64,000 bases of DNA from an uncultured virus (IMG/VR IMGVR_UViG_3300013006_001224). Its lineage: Duplodnaviria; Heunggongvirae; Uroviricota; Caudoviricetes. The position numbers and the translations under genes are program-made. Positions within the stretch are counted from its first letter, which is position 1; every line of letters begins with the position of its first letter. The stretch is taken from the IMG/VR virus record IMGVR_UViG_3300013006_001224. One strand, given 5' to 3'. The notes under the pieces were generated by a model, which did not search any database, was not told the DNA's origin, and saw only the letters and a list, made by a program, of their open reading frames with translations. This document shows positions 7,937-17,438 of this stretch, in pieces.

Positions 7937-9292
7937 TTACTCAAAGTCGTTATTGTTAATTTCTTTATATTTTTGAGTTAGCATACGTCTAGCTAATTCA
8001 TTTCCATTTTCCATTTGCTTTTTAGCATCCTTCCCTAATATAGACGTATCTGTATATATATTAATCTGACCAGTACTAGTATTCATGTTACTAGGTAATG
8101 TAATACCATCCGGTCCGAAACGATTCTTAATGACATGCCATCTTCCTGTACCAGCTAATTTATCTTGCACCTTACGAGATAATGATATCACAAAGTCAGC
8201 TACCATTACCTTACCATATGATTCGGCAATCTTCTCTGCTCCAATGACATCTTCTTCTAATGCCGATCTATTTGCTTGAGATGCTGTCCATACTGGTATT
8301 TCATATTCACCCGCTAATCCACGAAGGTCTTCATAGATACCTTCAAGCTCATGTCGTTTCTCTGTTCCATGCCCTCTTAACAAATCTGCATAATCGACAA
8401 TTACAATGTCAGGTTTTTTACCTTGCATTATACATTTTTCAATATGGCCTCGTAATCCAATTACTGAAGTTGACTTAGTAGGATAATACTTAATAATAAG
8501 TTCTCCTTTTAGTTTTGCCAATTCTTCTTTAACTTGATCTTGATAATGTCTTAGGTTCTGATTTGGAATACCTGTCATTACAGAGTCATATCGTAAACCA
8601 ACGTATTCGGAATTCAACTCTAATGTATAATGAATAACAGTCATTCCTTTTTTAACGGCATGAGCTCCTATATTAATAAGTCCCCACGACTTACCAATAC
8701 CTGCCGCTGCTACAAACACACCTAACTCACCTTTGCCTAATCCGCCCGATGTCATATCATTAATAACTTCCCATGGAGTTTCTTTTGTATCACGAATCGT
8801 ATCTGCATAACGAGCATCTATATCAACTAGATAATCATGCCCAATATGTTTATCGGCTCCAGCTTTAAGCGCATTATCAATCTTAGATTTAATTTCGTCA
8901 TACCTACCGGTATTCAATAAATCAACTGAAGATAAGATAGCTTTCTTAATTTCTTGATTCTTACAAAAGTCAATGGTCTGCTGTTTAATAAATTGTAAAT
9001 CATCTGAATCAGCAAATTTCCAAGCTTCCTTAAGGTGTTGTACTACTTGAGTTTTTAATACATCCTGATCTACTTCATGAAGTTTAACCTTCATTACTTC
9101 TAATGTAGGAGATGCATTATAATCTTTCTGGTATTCTAATATCGTTGTTACTATCCAATTATTAGCATCACTTTCAAAATATGATGGTACTAGTATATCA
9201 GATATCTGTTGCAGAAATATTCTATCTGTCATTAATGCTGTGATAATTTTTATCTGGAAGGCATACCCGTAACTACTTAATCTATCTGTCAT
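7937..9292 (-). CDS. Replicative DnaB-like helicase (T4 gp41-like)
   Basis: Walker A AAAGIGKS, TLE, IVDYAD, WTASQANR, IKNRFG. Confidence 0.93.
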   Translation of the reverse strand: MTDRLSSYGYAFQIKIITALMTDRIFLQQISDILVPSYFESDANNWIVTTILEYQKDYNASPTLEVMKVKLHEVDQDVLKTQVVQHLKEAWKFADSDDLQFIKQQTIDFCKNQEIKKAILSSVDLLNTGRYDEIKSKIDNALKAGADKHIGHDYLVDIDARYADTIRDTKETPWEVINDMTSGGLGKGELGVFVAAAGIGKSWGLINIGAHAVKKGMTVIHYTLELNSEYVGLRYDSVMTGIPNQNLRHYQDQVKEELAKLKGELIIKYYPTKSTSVIGLRGHIEKCIMQGKKPDIVIVDYADLLRGHGTEKRHELEGIYEDLRGLAGEYEIPVWTASQANRSALEEDVIGAEKIAESYGKVMVADFVISLSRKVQDKLAGTGRWHVIKNRFGPDGITLPSNMNTSTGQINIYTDTSILGKDAKKQMENGNELARRMLTQKYKEINNNDFE

Positions 9293-9296
9293 GTTA

Positions 9297-9327
9297 TCAA
9301 TATAAGTACTTATTCTTTATAATCAAA
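9297..9327 (-). promoter_or_regulatory. Bacteroidota sigma70-type promoter (TTTG-N19-TATATTGA)
   Basis: Matches the -33/-7 layout; ends 4 nt before the helicase ATG. Confidence 0.7.
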
Positions 9328-10372
9328 GAGAAGTGTAAGCATTTAATGTATTGAATGAGCCGTTTAACCAGCTATCGACGTCTTTTATAACTGTATACAT
9401 CTTATCAGCCATAAACATTTTCTTAAGTTCATAGGTATTAAGCCTATCTACTTTTCGATGCATCATATCTGCAATTAGTAACTTAGTGTTACCCGGAATA
9501 TCAACATCCTTTAATTGCATCAGCTGATGGTTAAGATCTAACTGTTCTTTATTATTGGCTACTTGTTCATGTACCTTATATTTCTTTTCAGCTCCTTGAG
9601 CATACGATACCATTTCTTCTATAGTGATTTCACGGTCTTCAGTAAATACCGGAAAGTATTTAAGTAAGCTTTTTAAACCTACGCCATCTAGCCCGGGAAT
9701 ATTATCTGACTTGTCACCTATAAACGTTCTATATAATAAATAATTCTTTTCAGAGAACCCAAATTCTTCACGCATCAGTGCTGGAGTATACAATCGTTTC
9801 TTTACTGGACTCCAAACTGAAATACGATGATTCACTAACTGTAAAAAGTCTCTATCGGTTGATACGATTGTTACACGTTCGTTTTCTTTAGTATAAATTT
9901 CATTGGCAATGTATGCAATTGCATCATCCGCTTCAATGTTATCAATAGCCATCATAGTTACAGGCAAACAATGCATGTACTCTATAATACGAGCAAATTG
10001 TCTTTTCATTGAAGCTGATTCATCTTCTAACGATTCAAACTCTTCGTGCCTGTTAAATTTAGTTTTAACTGCTCGATTAGCTTTGTAATTAGAATAGATG
10101 CTTCTACGACGAACGCTTCCGCCCTTACCATCAAATACTACTACACAACGTGTGGGTTTAACTTGACGGATAACAGAGGCGACGGACCTTAAAAAGCCCG
10201 TCACTCCTCCGATATGATCACCGTCATCATTTAATGCAGGTACTGCTGAGAATACTCTGATAAATGTATTGAGACCGTCTATAATTAAAATATGACTGTC
10301 TCTGCTTGTAACTTGTTCTGTCGTCCGTTCTTGTTCAACCTGACGCAGTAATTCAAAATAACGATTCTTCAC
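9323..10372 (-). CDS. 5'-3' exonuclease / flap nuclease (T4 RNase H-like)
   Basis: IIDGLN, VVFDG, YKANR, EADD, STDRDFLQL, GDKSDNIPG..GVG. Confidence 0.93.
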   Translation of the reverse strand: MKNRYFELLRQVEQERTTEQVTSRDSHILIIDGLNTFIRVFSAVPALNDDGDHIGGVTGFLRSVASVIRQVKPTRCVVVFDGKGGSVRRRSIYSNYKANRAVKTKFNRHEEFESLEDESASMKRQFARIIEYMHCLPVTMMAIDNIEADDAIAYIANEIYTKENERVTIVSTDRDFLQLVNHRISVWSPVKKRLYTPALMREEFGFSEKNYLLYRTFIGDKSDNIPGLDGVGLKSLLKYFPVFTEDREITIEEMVSYAQGAEKKYKVHEQVANNKEQLDLNHQLMQLKDVDIPGNTKLLIADMMHRKVDRLNTYELKKMFMADKMYTVIKDVDSWLNGSFNTLNAYTSL

Positions 10373-11508
10373 GATTCTTCATTTATGAAATCTGATTCAA
10401 TTATAATATCATCAATACCAATGTCATGTGACTGATACTTAAAGATATATGCATTGCAGATTATATTGTAAATTTCCTCTTTTAATGTCGCATCAGCTTC
10501 TAAATTCTTTTCAAAGTCTTTTGATAGGAACTTAACCGTTGTACCATCTTGTCTTGTATAAGTATACCATGCACCTGCTTGAGTTACAAGTTTATACTCT
10601 TTCATTACTTCTAACCATCCACCGTAATTATCGACACCTGATTCAAAGTATATATCATAGTCAATTGACTTAAGAGGCGGCCCCATACGATTTTTAATTA
10701 CTTGAGCTCTAGTTTTAATACCGATAATTTGCTCAACTCCCTTTGCATCTTTTGCTTTAATCTGTCCTACAGACTTAAGACGAAGACGAACTGAAGCGTG
10801 GAATGGAATAGCTTTTCCGCCGGAAGTAGTCCATGGATCACCAAAACTAACTCCTAGGCGAGCTCGTAGTTGATTGGTAAAGATTAAACAAATCTTTTCA
10901 CGCGCAATCATGTTAGTGATTTTACGCATACCTTTTGATAGGATAATTGCTTTTGAAGTAGCCCAACCATCTTTATCAAATTCAGCTGCCATTTCAATCT
11001 TAGTTGAAGCGCCCATTACTGAATCGACTACAATTGTAACCAATCTATCTTTATTAGATTTGCGTACCGACTCTACAACAGACTCAATAGCTTCAAATAT
11101 ATCTTCCATTGTCTCTAACGGAACATATAACATCTTAGTAAGATCAACTCCAATTGCTTCTAGAAATTCACTACTTACAGCACTTTCCGTGTCAATGTAT
11201 ACTCCTAAACCACCTTGTCTCTGGCAATCTGCTAATGCATGAGTAGCCAATAAAGACTTACCGGAAGCTTCTAATCCAGTTATCTCTGTAATACGACCAA
11301 TTGGAAAACCTCCATGCGGTCTATTTGAGATAGCCAAATCTAACATACTTGAACCAGTACCTACCCAACCGGATACATTAGAAGGGGAGTCTAAGTCCCC
11401 CTCTAAAAAGTATGCGGTTTTGTACCCTGTATTCTTAAACTTCTTATTTAGATTACTAGCTAATTCGCCAGCTAATTCATCTGCCAATTCGCTTTTAGAT
11501 ACGGCCAT
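10369..11508 (-). CDS. recA: RecA/UvsX recombinase
   Basis: GRITEITGLEASGKS, YIDTE, VVDSV, FTNQLR, SGGKAIPFHASVR, KNR..PP. Confidence 0.95.
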   Translation of the reverse strand: MAVSKSELADELAGELASNLNKKFKNTGYKTAYFLEGDLDSPSNVSGWVGTGSSMLDLAISNRPHGGFPIGRITEITGLEASGKSLLATHALADCQRQGGLGVYIDTESAVSSEFLEAIGVDLTKMLYVPLETMEDIFEAIESVVESVRKSNKDRLVTIVVDSVMGASTKIEMAAEFDKDGWATSKAIILSKGMRKITNMIAREKICLIFTNQLRARLGVSFGDPWTTSGGKAIPFHASVRLRLKSVGQIKAKDAKGVEQIIGIKTRAQVIKNRMGPPLKSIDYDIYFESGVDNYGGWLEVMKEYKLVTQAGAWYTYTRQDGTTVKFLSKDFEKNLEADATLKEEIYNIICNAYIFKYQSHDIGIDDIIIESDFINEES

Positions 11509-11525
11509 AATAACTTCTTTATTTA

Positions 11526-12290
11526 TTAAAATAACTCATCGAATGCTGCGCTAACATCATCGACTTTATTTACATTACTAACGCTATTTGATTCACTGCT
11601 AGGTGCATTTGCGGTAGTCGAATTGTCCTGACCTTCTTGGTTCTCAGGATCTAACCATGCTTCTAAAACTTGCTTAAGCTCGTCATAGGTAGGTTCTTTA
11701 AAGATCTCATTTAGATTCGGTTGCTGTTTTGCAACTTTCTCAATAACATTCTTATCATCAGATAATGGTGTTGTATTTGGTTTAACACGAATCACTGTCT
11801 TCGGATATCCACCGCCTTCTGACGGAGTGAACTCTACTACAATATCACGACCACTTGACGGATCGGTTAGATCTCCGTAGTCTGGATCTGCAATAAATCC
11901 TAAGATTTCAGTATACACTGTTTTACCAAAGCCCCAAAACTTAACACCTTCACTTTCTTTACCACGTACAATAATTGGTACATAGCAACGCATTTTTGGT
12001 TCAAGTTTCTTGCCTAACTTCCATTCATCAGAATTGCCAGATGCCTTCAATTTTTCTGCAAACTCAACTACAGGGTCAGGTCGACCATGTGTAATAGGCG
12101 ACAAGTAATTCTTTGTTCCTAGGTCATAGTGAAAATACATCTCCTGGAATGGATTTGCTTTATCATGTTGATACGGTACGATTCGAACTTGTTGTTTACC
12201 TGGTTCAGGTTTCCACAGATTGTTCTGACGAGTGGTCTGTGTTTGTAACTGGTTAAGTTTGTTACGGATTGCATTTAAGTCAATTGCCAT
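11526..12290 (-). CDS. Single-stranded DNA-binding protein (gp32-like)
   Basis: WKP...VRIVP, WGFGKTVY, D..SGRD, acidic tail ending AAFDELF; next to recA. Confidence 0.85.
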   Translation of the reverse strand: MAIDLNAIRNKLNQLQTQTTRQNNLWKPEPGKQQVRIVPYQHDKANPFQEMYFHYDLGTKNYLSPITHGRPDPVVEFAEKLKASGNSDEWKLGKKLEPKMRCYVPIIVRGKESEGVKFWGFGKTVYTEILGFIADPDYGDLTDPSSGRDIVVEFTPSEGGGYPKTVIRVKPNTTPLSDDKNVIEKVAKQQPNLNEIFKEPTYDELKQVLEAWLDPENQEGQDNSTTANAPSSESNSVSNVNKVDDVSAAFDELF

Positions 12291-12331
12291 TTTTTACTCC
12301 TTTTTTATGTTGATTATTAATTAATTATCAT

Positions 12332-12362
12332 TAAATATAAGTACATTTTCTCCTAAGTCAAA
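12332..12362 (-). promoter_or_regulatory. Bacteroidota sigma70-type promoter (TTTG-N19-TATATTTA)
   Basis: Upstream of SSB; a late motif lies further upstream at 12407. Confidence 0.7.
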
Positions 12363-12427
12363 GAGATATGTTGAAAATGTTATCATTTAGTATTTGTTAT
12401 TTTAATATAAATATATCCATAGCCAAT

Positions 12428-12449
12428 AAAAAAGCCGGATAAACCGGCT
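12428..12449 (-). terminator. Rho-independent terminator
   Basis: AGCCGG-TTTAT-CCGGCT followed by a T run on the minus strand. Confidence 0.8.
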
Positions 12450-12475
12450 CTAATATTTTGAATAGCATGTAGCTT

Positions 12476-12802
12476 TTATTTTATGATCCAAGTAATTGTA
12501 CCTTCATCATCTTGTCCAACAACTCCAGAAACTTGCCATTTTAAACCATTGTCTTTTAAAAACTCGTTAGCCATTGTTACAAATTTCTTTTTAGAGCCGG
12601 GAGTAACATCTCCTTCATCAGTAAATAACTCGAACCAGTCTTCTTCAACGTCACCTAAATATCCGTTATCAGATAAGTCATAATCGCTTAATTTTTGACC
12701 CGACTTAGGCATTTTAGCTTCGTTAATTAAAGAAGCGTCATTACTGCTAGGGCGCGCTTTAAATAAACGCTTATAGTTTTCAGCTAATAAATTCTTTTTC
12801 AT
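12476..12802 (-). CDS. Hypothetical protein, probably head-associated
   Basis: Late motif upstream; N-terminal LLAE...LINE. Confidence 0.75.
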   Translation of the reverse strand: MKKNLLAENYKRLFKARPSSNDASLINEAKMPKSGQKLSDYDLSDNGYLGDVEEDWFELFTDEGDVTPGSKKKFVTMANEFLKDNGLKWQVSGVVGQDDEGTITWIIK

Positions 12803-12841
12803 ATTTTCCTTTTAATTTTTTTAAAATAAATATTACACATA

Positions 12842-13228
12842 TTACAAATCAATACGTTTATATAGACGTAAATGTACATGGCGTACATCTTGGTCTTGAG
12901 TCAATAAAAGTGAATCACGGTAAGTGTCCCAATTAATGATAAAGGTCTTATCCAGTAATCCGTTATTACATGCACGAATGATGGCATTTAAAGCATTAAC
13001 CGTATACAATGTATTTGTTTCTTTCTTTCTGTGAATCATTATTGTATTTGCCGTTTGATGTCTCGTATCATTGGCAATGTTATAAGTGATATACGCATCT
13101 GCAGGTATTTCCGAATCTGTAAATACAAACAAGCGTCTTTCTAGAATTGTATAACTACTTGTGATATGGTCTACAATAATGTTTAAATCTTTCTTATGTG
13201 CAAATGTGCATAGTAATTGCGGCTTCAC
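12842..13228 (-). CDS. Phage hypothetical protein
   Basis: GTG start with GGAG SD; QLLCTF, HRKKETNTLYTVNALN. Confidence 0.8.
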   Translation of the reverse strand: MKPQLLCTFAHKKDLNIIVDHITSSYTILERRLFVFTDSEIPADAYITYNIANDTRHQTANTIMIHRKKETNTLYTVNALNAIIRACNNGLLDKTFIINWDTYRDSLLLTQDQDVRHVHLRLYKRIDL

Positions 13229-13236
13229 TAATCTCC

Positions 13237-14682
13237 TTACTGATTATCAATCCAAGTATAACCTTTATTAGCATACTTGTCACGTAATGATAATTTACCC
13301 TGCCCTTGAGAAATACCGAATACTACAAAATTTTCAATCAACCCTTTATGTGGTTCATGATCGCCTTTAAAATAATATAAAACGCCTTCTACTTCTCCAA
13401 AGTATTCTGCTTTTTGAGTTGTAAACCCTTTAACTAATTTACTAGGAGATTGCGTATATGGATGGTCAAATATTTTTAATAAATTAAACATGAATACACG
13501 GGCTGTGTCGGTAGCCAATTTTCCTTTTTGTATACTAACCTTACTATCAACATCAGCTGTTTTTAATTTTTCAGCATCATCTTTAGATATATAATAATCA
13601 CTTTCTGAATCTTGAGTCTTAACTGTTAGTTTAGCAGTTTTAATTAAATGTGGATTTTGTACTAATTGTTTTCTTAGACGTTTAAGTGTGATAAACGCAT
13701 CATAATGTAATTGTATTACAGACGCTGGAAGTTCTGCTGCTATTTTTACTCTTTCAAAAAATGTATCAGTATCAACATAATCTGGATTATCTTTATCTAA
13801 CTTTGTAGCTTTAAATCCATCACCGCGAAAATTTTTCGTTAATAACGTAAACATTTCAGTTGCCATTGAATCTTCGTTAAAAGCTGCTTTTAAATTTTTT
13901 TCTAACGTTTTGTCTTTAGAGCGGTCGTCTACTTTTAATGCAATGAGGTACTTATAAAATGTACGCATTTCATCTACATATTCAAATAATCCAGCAAACC
14001 CAGATTTGGCCATTCGTATTGAGTATGGATCTTCTTTTACTTCCCATTGTTTACCGTCTGACAATTGTAAGTCTTTTGCACCTGTGCCTCCGGAAGACGA
14101 TCCTTTAATAGCCATCACTGCCATTAATTCTCCACGGCCCGTACCTACTTTATCACCTTTAAGAGGCCAAAATGCTTCAAATGTCTTCCAACCACCGCTA
14201 AAAAATTTATCAACTGATAATGTTTGAAATTTTTCTGCTATAGGCTGAACTTCTTTCGCTGTCATTTTATTTAACAATGCTGTCATCTGTTCTACAGCTG
14301 TTCCAGATATTCCAGACTTTGAAATTACATCAGTCATATATTCAATAGCCGCGGCTTTATCTGACTCCGTAAACTTTGCAGTCTTTGTTTCAGTAGGCTT
14401 AGCTTCAGTTATAACTGTCTTAAATCCGCCGTTTCGTAATTCATAGATACATTGTTCAAGTACTTGTAGGTCGGCATCCGAATATGGTTCTTCAGCATAC
14501 CCTTTTGGTAAACGATAAAACCATTCTGCTAATACCTCATCCATCTTATCTGCTTCAATTTGAAGTAGTGGCTGAGCTTTTGCTTCTGCGATAGTCTGCA
14601 CTTGTTTTGATTCTTGTAACGGCTTTGATTCATCGAACAAAGCATTCAAGTCAATAATATTATCCGAAGTATCTTTCTTCAT
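13237..14682 (-). CDS. Hypothetical protein with possible PD-(D/E)xK nuclease domain
   Basis: GRGE...KDLQLSDGKQWEVK pattern. Confidence 0.55.
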   Translation of the reverse strand: MKKDTSDNIIDLNALFDESKPLQESKQVQTIAEAKAQPLLQIEADKMDEVLAEWFYRLPKGYAEEPYSDADLQVLEQCIYELRNGGFKTVITEAKPTETKTAKFTESDKAAAIEYMTDVISKSGISGTAVEQMTALLNKMTAKEVQPIAEKFQTLSVDKFFSGGWKTFEAFWPLKGDKVGTGRGELMAVMAIKGSSSGGTGAKDLQLSDGKQWEVKEDPYSIRMAKSGFAGLFEYVDEMRTFYKYLIALKVDDRSKDKTLEKNLKAAFNEDSMATEMFTLLTKNFRGDGFKATKLDKDNPDYVDTDTFFERVKIAAELPASVIQLHYDAFITLKRLRKQLVQNPHLIKTAKLTVKTQDSESDYYISKDDAEKLKTADVDSKVSIQKGKLATDTARVFMFNLLKIFDHPYTQSPSKLVKGFTTQKAEYFGEVEGVLYYFKGDHEPHKGLIENFVVFGISQGQGKLSLRDKYANKGYTWIDNQ

Positions 14683-15208
14683 AGTGTAATAAATCTAATT
14701 TGTTTGAAACGTCTATCAATTGTGCCGCATTTAATAGATCAGATGCTTCTGCAATAGATGCGGTTTGAACATCTACAAACTCTTGCAAAAAGTTAAATGT
14801 CATTAAATGTTGGCCAAACACTTGAGCAGCCCAACCCATATACTTATCACCTAAAGCATATTCAATGGCATAAGTCTTGTTAACAGTGTCAACTAAATGA
14901 GCAAATTGTCCATTGAATCTAACTGCCGGTAGTATTGGAGTTGCATTCCAATCTACTATATACTTTTGCAATTTAGCAGCATGTTCTAGTTCGGCATTAG
15001 CTTCATTTGCATAATATTCAGCTGCCTTTGTATAACCTACACCTGCTGCCCAATTGGAAGCGCCTCTATAAAAATAGTGTGCTGTATACTCTTCTGCTAA
15101 AGCTGAATTTAATAGATCTACAATTTCCGGAGTTAATGTCTTTGGAACTAAAACTCCTTCTTGTGAAGATACAACGTTACTAACCGTTGATTTTGGTAAT
15201 TCTGTCAT
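14660..15208 (-). CDS. Ferritin-like protein
   Basis: LN....EE......Y, E..AELEHA, IE, FLQEF...Q ferroxidase-type residues. Confidence 0.88.
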   Translation of the reverse strand: MTELPKSTVSNVVSSQEGVLVPKTLTPEIVDLLNSALAEEYTAHYFYRGASNWAAGVGYTKAAEYYANEANAELEHAAKLQKYIVDWNATPILPAVRFNGQFAHLVDTVNKTYAIEYALGDKYMGWAAQVFGQHLMTFNFLQEFVDVQTASIAEASDLLNAAQLIDVSNKLDLLHYEERYFG

Positions 15209-15250
15209 AGTGATATCTTTTGTTATAAATATTGATATATAAATAAATAT

Positions 15251-16594
15251 CTAGCTAACTCTATTAGTCATGTCTTGCATAACATGATAGTTAACACCTG
15301 CCTTTATCTTTACCGGAAACTTTCCATTGCTACTCATGGCGGATTGCATTTCTAAAAGAAACTTCTTGCCATCATCCATATCAAAATCAAATAGTACGGA
15401 GTCGTAAGTATACAAAACCAATTGTGATGCATATCCCTTAATACTCTGTAACTCTTTTAATACTTGAATGTTATGTTCTGTTTCAGTGGCTTGTAGTAGA
15501 TAGTTAAATAACTTGTTAGCATTCATCTCCGGCAGATGTCTTTTATGCATTGGCCGATTGAATCTAGGAGTATGTATGACTCCCTGCTTACGAAATTTAG
15601 TCCATAAGTCTTTTATATAGTCTCGGGTCTTTCCAAAGAACGGTATCTGAGCAAATTCATCGTCTATTCCGCCGTACAGTAATCGGAATGTTATTTGTTT
15701 GCTTTGTTCATACTGTTCATCTGTTAGAGTATCAGTATCAAAGTATTGTCTACCTAAGTAAGTATGTACAGATCCTTCCGGAAATGTATATCCTATTAGA
15801 TCTGCAATCAGCCGTACGTGATAGGCATCAAAGTCAAATTCAACTAGCATTCCCTTTGAATGCCTACTAGTAAATACAGATCTACTGCCATCTTCTTTAT
15901 TAAGGGCCGCGTAATTGATTCCATTGAACTTGTTACTAGGTCTACCAGTACTCGTATATAGATTATACTCTGTATATGCTGTATTATTGATAATACCGTT
16001 AGTTTTGAAATGTTCCGTAAAAGCATCATAATCTACATGTATTCCAGTACGTTCAATTGAGCCGAACGCTGCCATGGCATCTGTATCATATACTTTAAAG
16101 TCTTCCGTTAGTTTATATACATTGTACACTTCCATAAACTTTACACGCATAGCAGTACATCGTTCAATGTGCTTTGTTACTGGAAGCCAATCATTTACAT
16201 TGGTTTCATTATACCACCATGTATTCCAAGTATCATGTGCCGTTGTATTCACGTCATCTAACGGTAACATCTTACCGGTATGCCACCATGCAAACAGATC
16301 GGCATCATAACACGGTTTACTATATGTATTTTGTAGTCGCTTTTTTGCTAATACAAAGATACTAGCATCACTTACTAGTTCTTGTATTAGTTCGGTTTGA
16401 AGGCATACACAATCCGTATGTTCGAAGGGAATGATATAGTCTAGATCAGACTCTATACAATATACGTAAATAAAACTTATACGATTGTTTTGATAGTGTC
16501 GATAGGTATCGGAATACACGGGTATCCAGAAAGAATCTTCTCCCCGAATCATATCTCGTACATGATTGAAAACTTCTATAGACTCTACGATCAT
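15251..16594 (-). CDS. Family A DNA polymerase-like protein
   Basis: TSTGRPS, motif A VEFDFDAYHVRL, motif B SKQITFRLLYG, NYLLQ, motif C YTYDS. Confidence 0.85.
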   Translation of the reverse strand: MIVESIEVFNHVRDMIRGEDSFWIPVYSDTYRHYQNNRISFIYVYCIESDLDYIIPFEHTDCVCLQTELIQELVSDASIFVLAKKRLQNTYSKPCYDADLFAWWHTGKMLPLDDVNTTAHDTWNTWWYNETNVNDWLPVTKHIERCTAMRVKFMEVYNVYKLTEDFKVYDTDAMAAFGSIERTGIHVDYDAFTEHFKTNGIINNTAYTEYNLYTSTGRPSNKFNGINYAALNKEDGSRSVFTSRHSKGMLVEFDFDAYHVRLIADLIGYTFPEGSVHTYLGRQYFDTDTLTDEQYEQSKQITFRLLYGGIDDEFAQIPFFGKTRDYIKDLWTKFRKQGVIHTPRFNRPMHKRHLPEMNANKLFNYLLQATETEHNIQVLKELQSIKGYASQLVLYTYDSVLFDFDMDDGKKFLLEMQSAMSSNGKFPVKIKAGVNYHVMQDMTNRVS

Positions 16595-16598
16595 ACTC

Positions 16599-16630
16599 TA
16601 AATATATGATCATTTTCTTAAAGAGTCAAA
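16599..16630 (-). promoter_or_regulatory. Bacteroidota sigma70-type promoter (TTTG-N20-TATATTTA)
   Basis: Ends 4 nt before the polA-like ATG. Confidence 0.7.
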
Positions 16631-16637
16631 TCTTTTT

Positions 16638-17420
16638 TTATCTTATACCATGCTTCCAGGCCTGGCACCAGTAATTGGCACGTACTTGTGCATTCCATTT
16701 CTGACAGCCTTGCTGAGATTTGAAAATACAATTACCACATTGTTGACCTAACGGTACGTCTGGTGCAGTGTATAGCTTATACGATGTAGGTAACATAGAA
16801 GGTATAGGAGCGCCATCCGTATAAATACGATCTTCACCGGTTATCGGTACTTGTATGAATTCTGCTAAGTCTGTAAAGTATTTAGATATTCCGGGAATGT
16901 CTTTTTCTTTTGCATTCAATACTTTTCTATTTGCTGCTACTATATCTTTATACACCCCTTTAATTGTCCATTGTATAATATCCATGTACCATACATTGGT
17001 ATCAATACCAGGATTAAACGCTAGTGACCCTATAGGAGTTGGTTTGTACTGTTCTAGATCTATTTCAATAATAATTTCAGGTTCATTGCGTTTCTGCGCA
17101 ATAAATCTGTCTAAGATTCCAGTTGATATAGTTTGTGCAGTAACAATTGGTATATACGGCTCTGGGTACTTTCGTTTTGAAAAATTAAACAAAGTACGTT
17201 TATAATATGTAGACGTATCATTATTAGTTTTTAACGGGGTTGGTTTAACAATTAAAAGTTTTGAAACTCCATTAGTTAACTCAGGTTCTGAATATACTCG
17301 GCCGTTTTCGCTGACATTATAAAAGCCCGTATAATCTTCTAGTGTATCTTGCAAGACATACTCATCGCCTCTAGTAAACTTAGGTACTAGTTGTTTATAT
17401 ATGGGCCTATAATTTGACAT
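16638..17420 (-). CDS. Hypothetical baseplate-region protein with C-terminal HiPIP-like 4-Cys domain
   Basis: C-terminus QQCGNCIF...GCQKW...V...YWCQAW. Confidence 0.65.
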   Translation of the reverse strand: MSNYRPIYKQLVPKFTRGDEYVLQDTLEDYTGFYNVSENGRVYSEPELTNGVSKLLIVKPTPLKTNNDTSTYYKRTLFNFSKRKYPEPYIPIVTAQTISTGILDRFIAQKRNEPEIIIEIDLEQYKPTPIGSLAFNPGIDTNVWYMDIIQWTIKGVYKDIVAANRKVLNAKEKDIPGISKYFTDLAEFIQVPITGEDRIYTDGAPIPSMLPTSYKLYTAPDVPLGQQCGNCIFKSQQGCQKWNAQVRANYWCQAWKHGIR

Positions 17421-17438
17421 TTAATTAACTTTATACTT

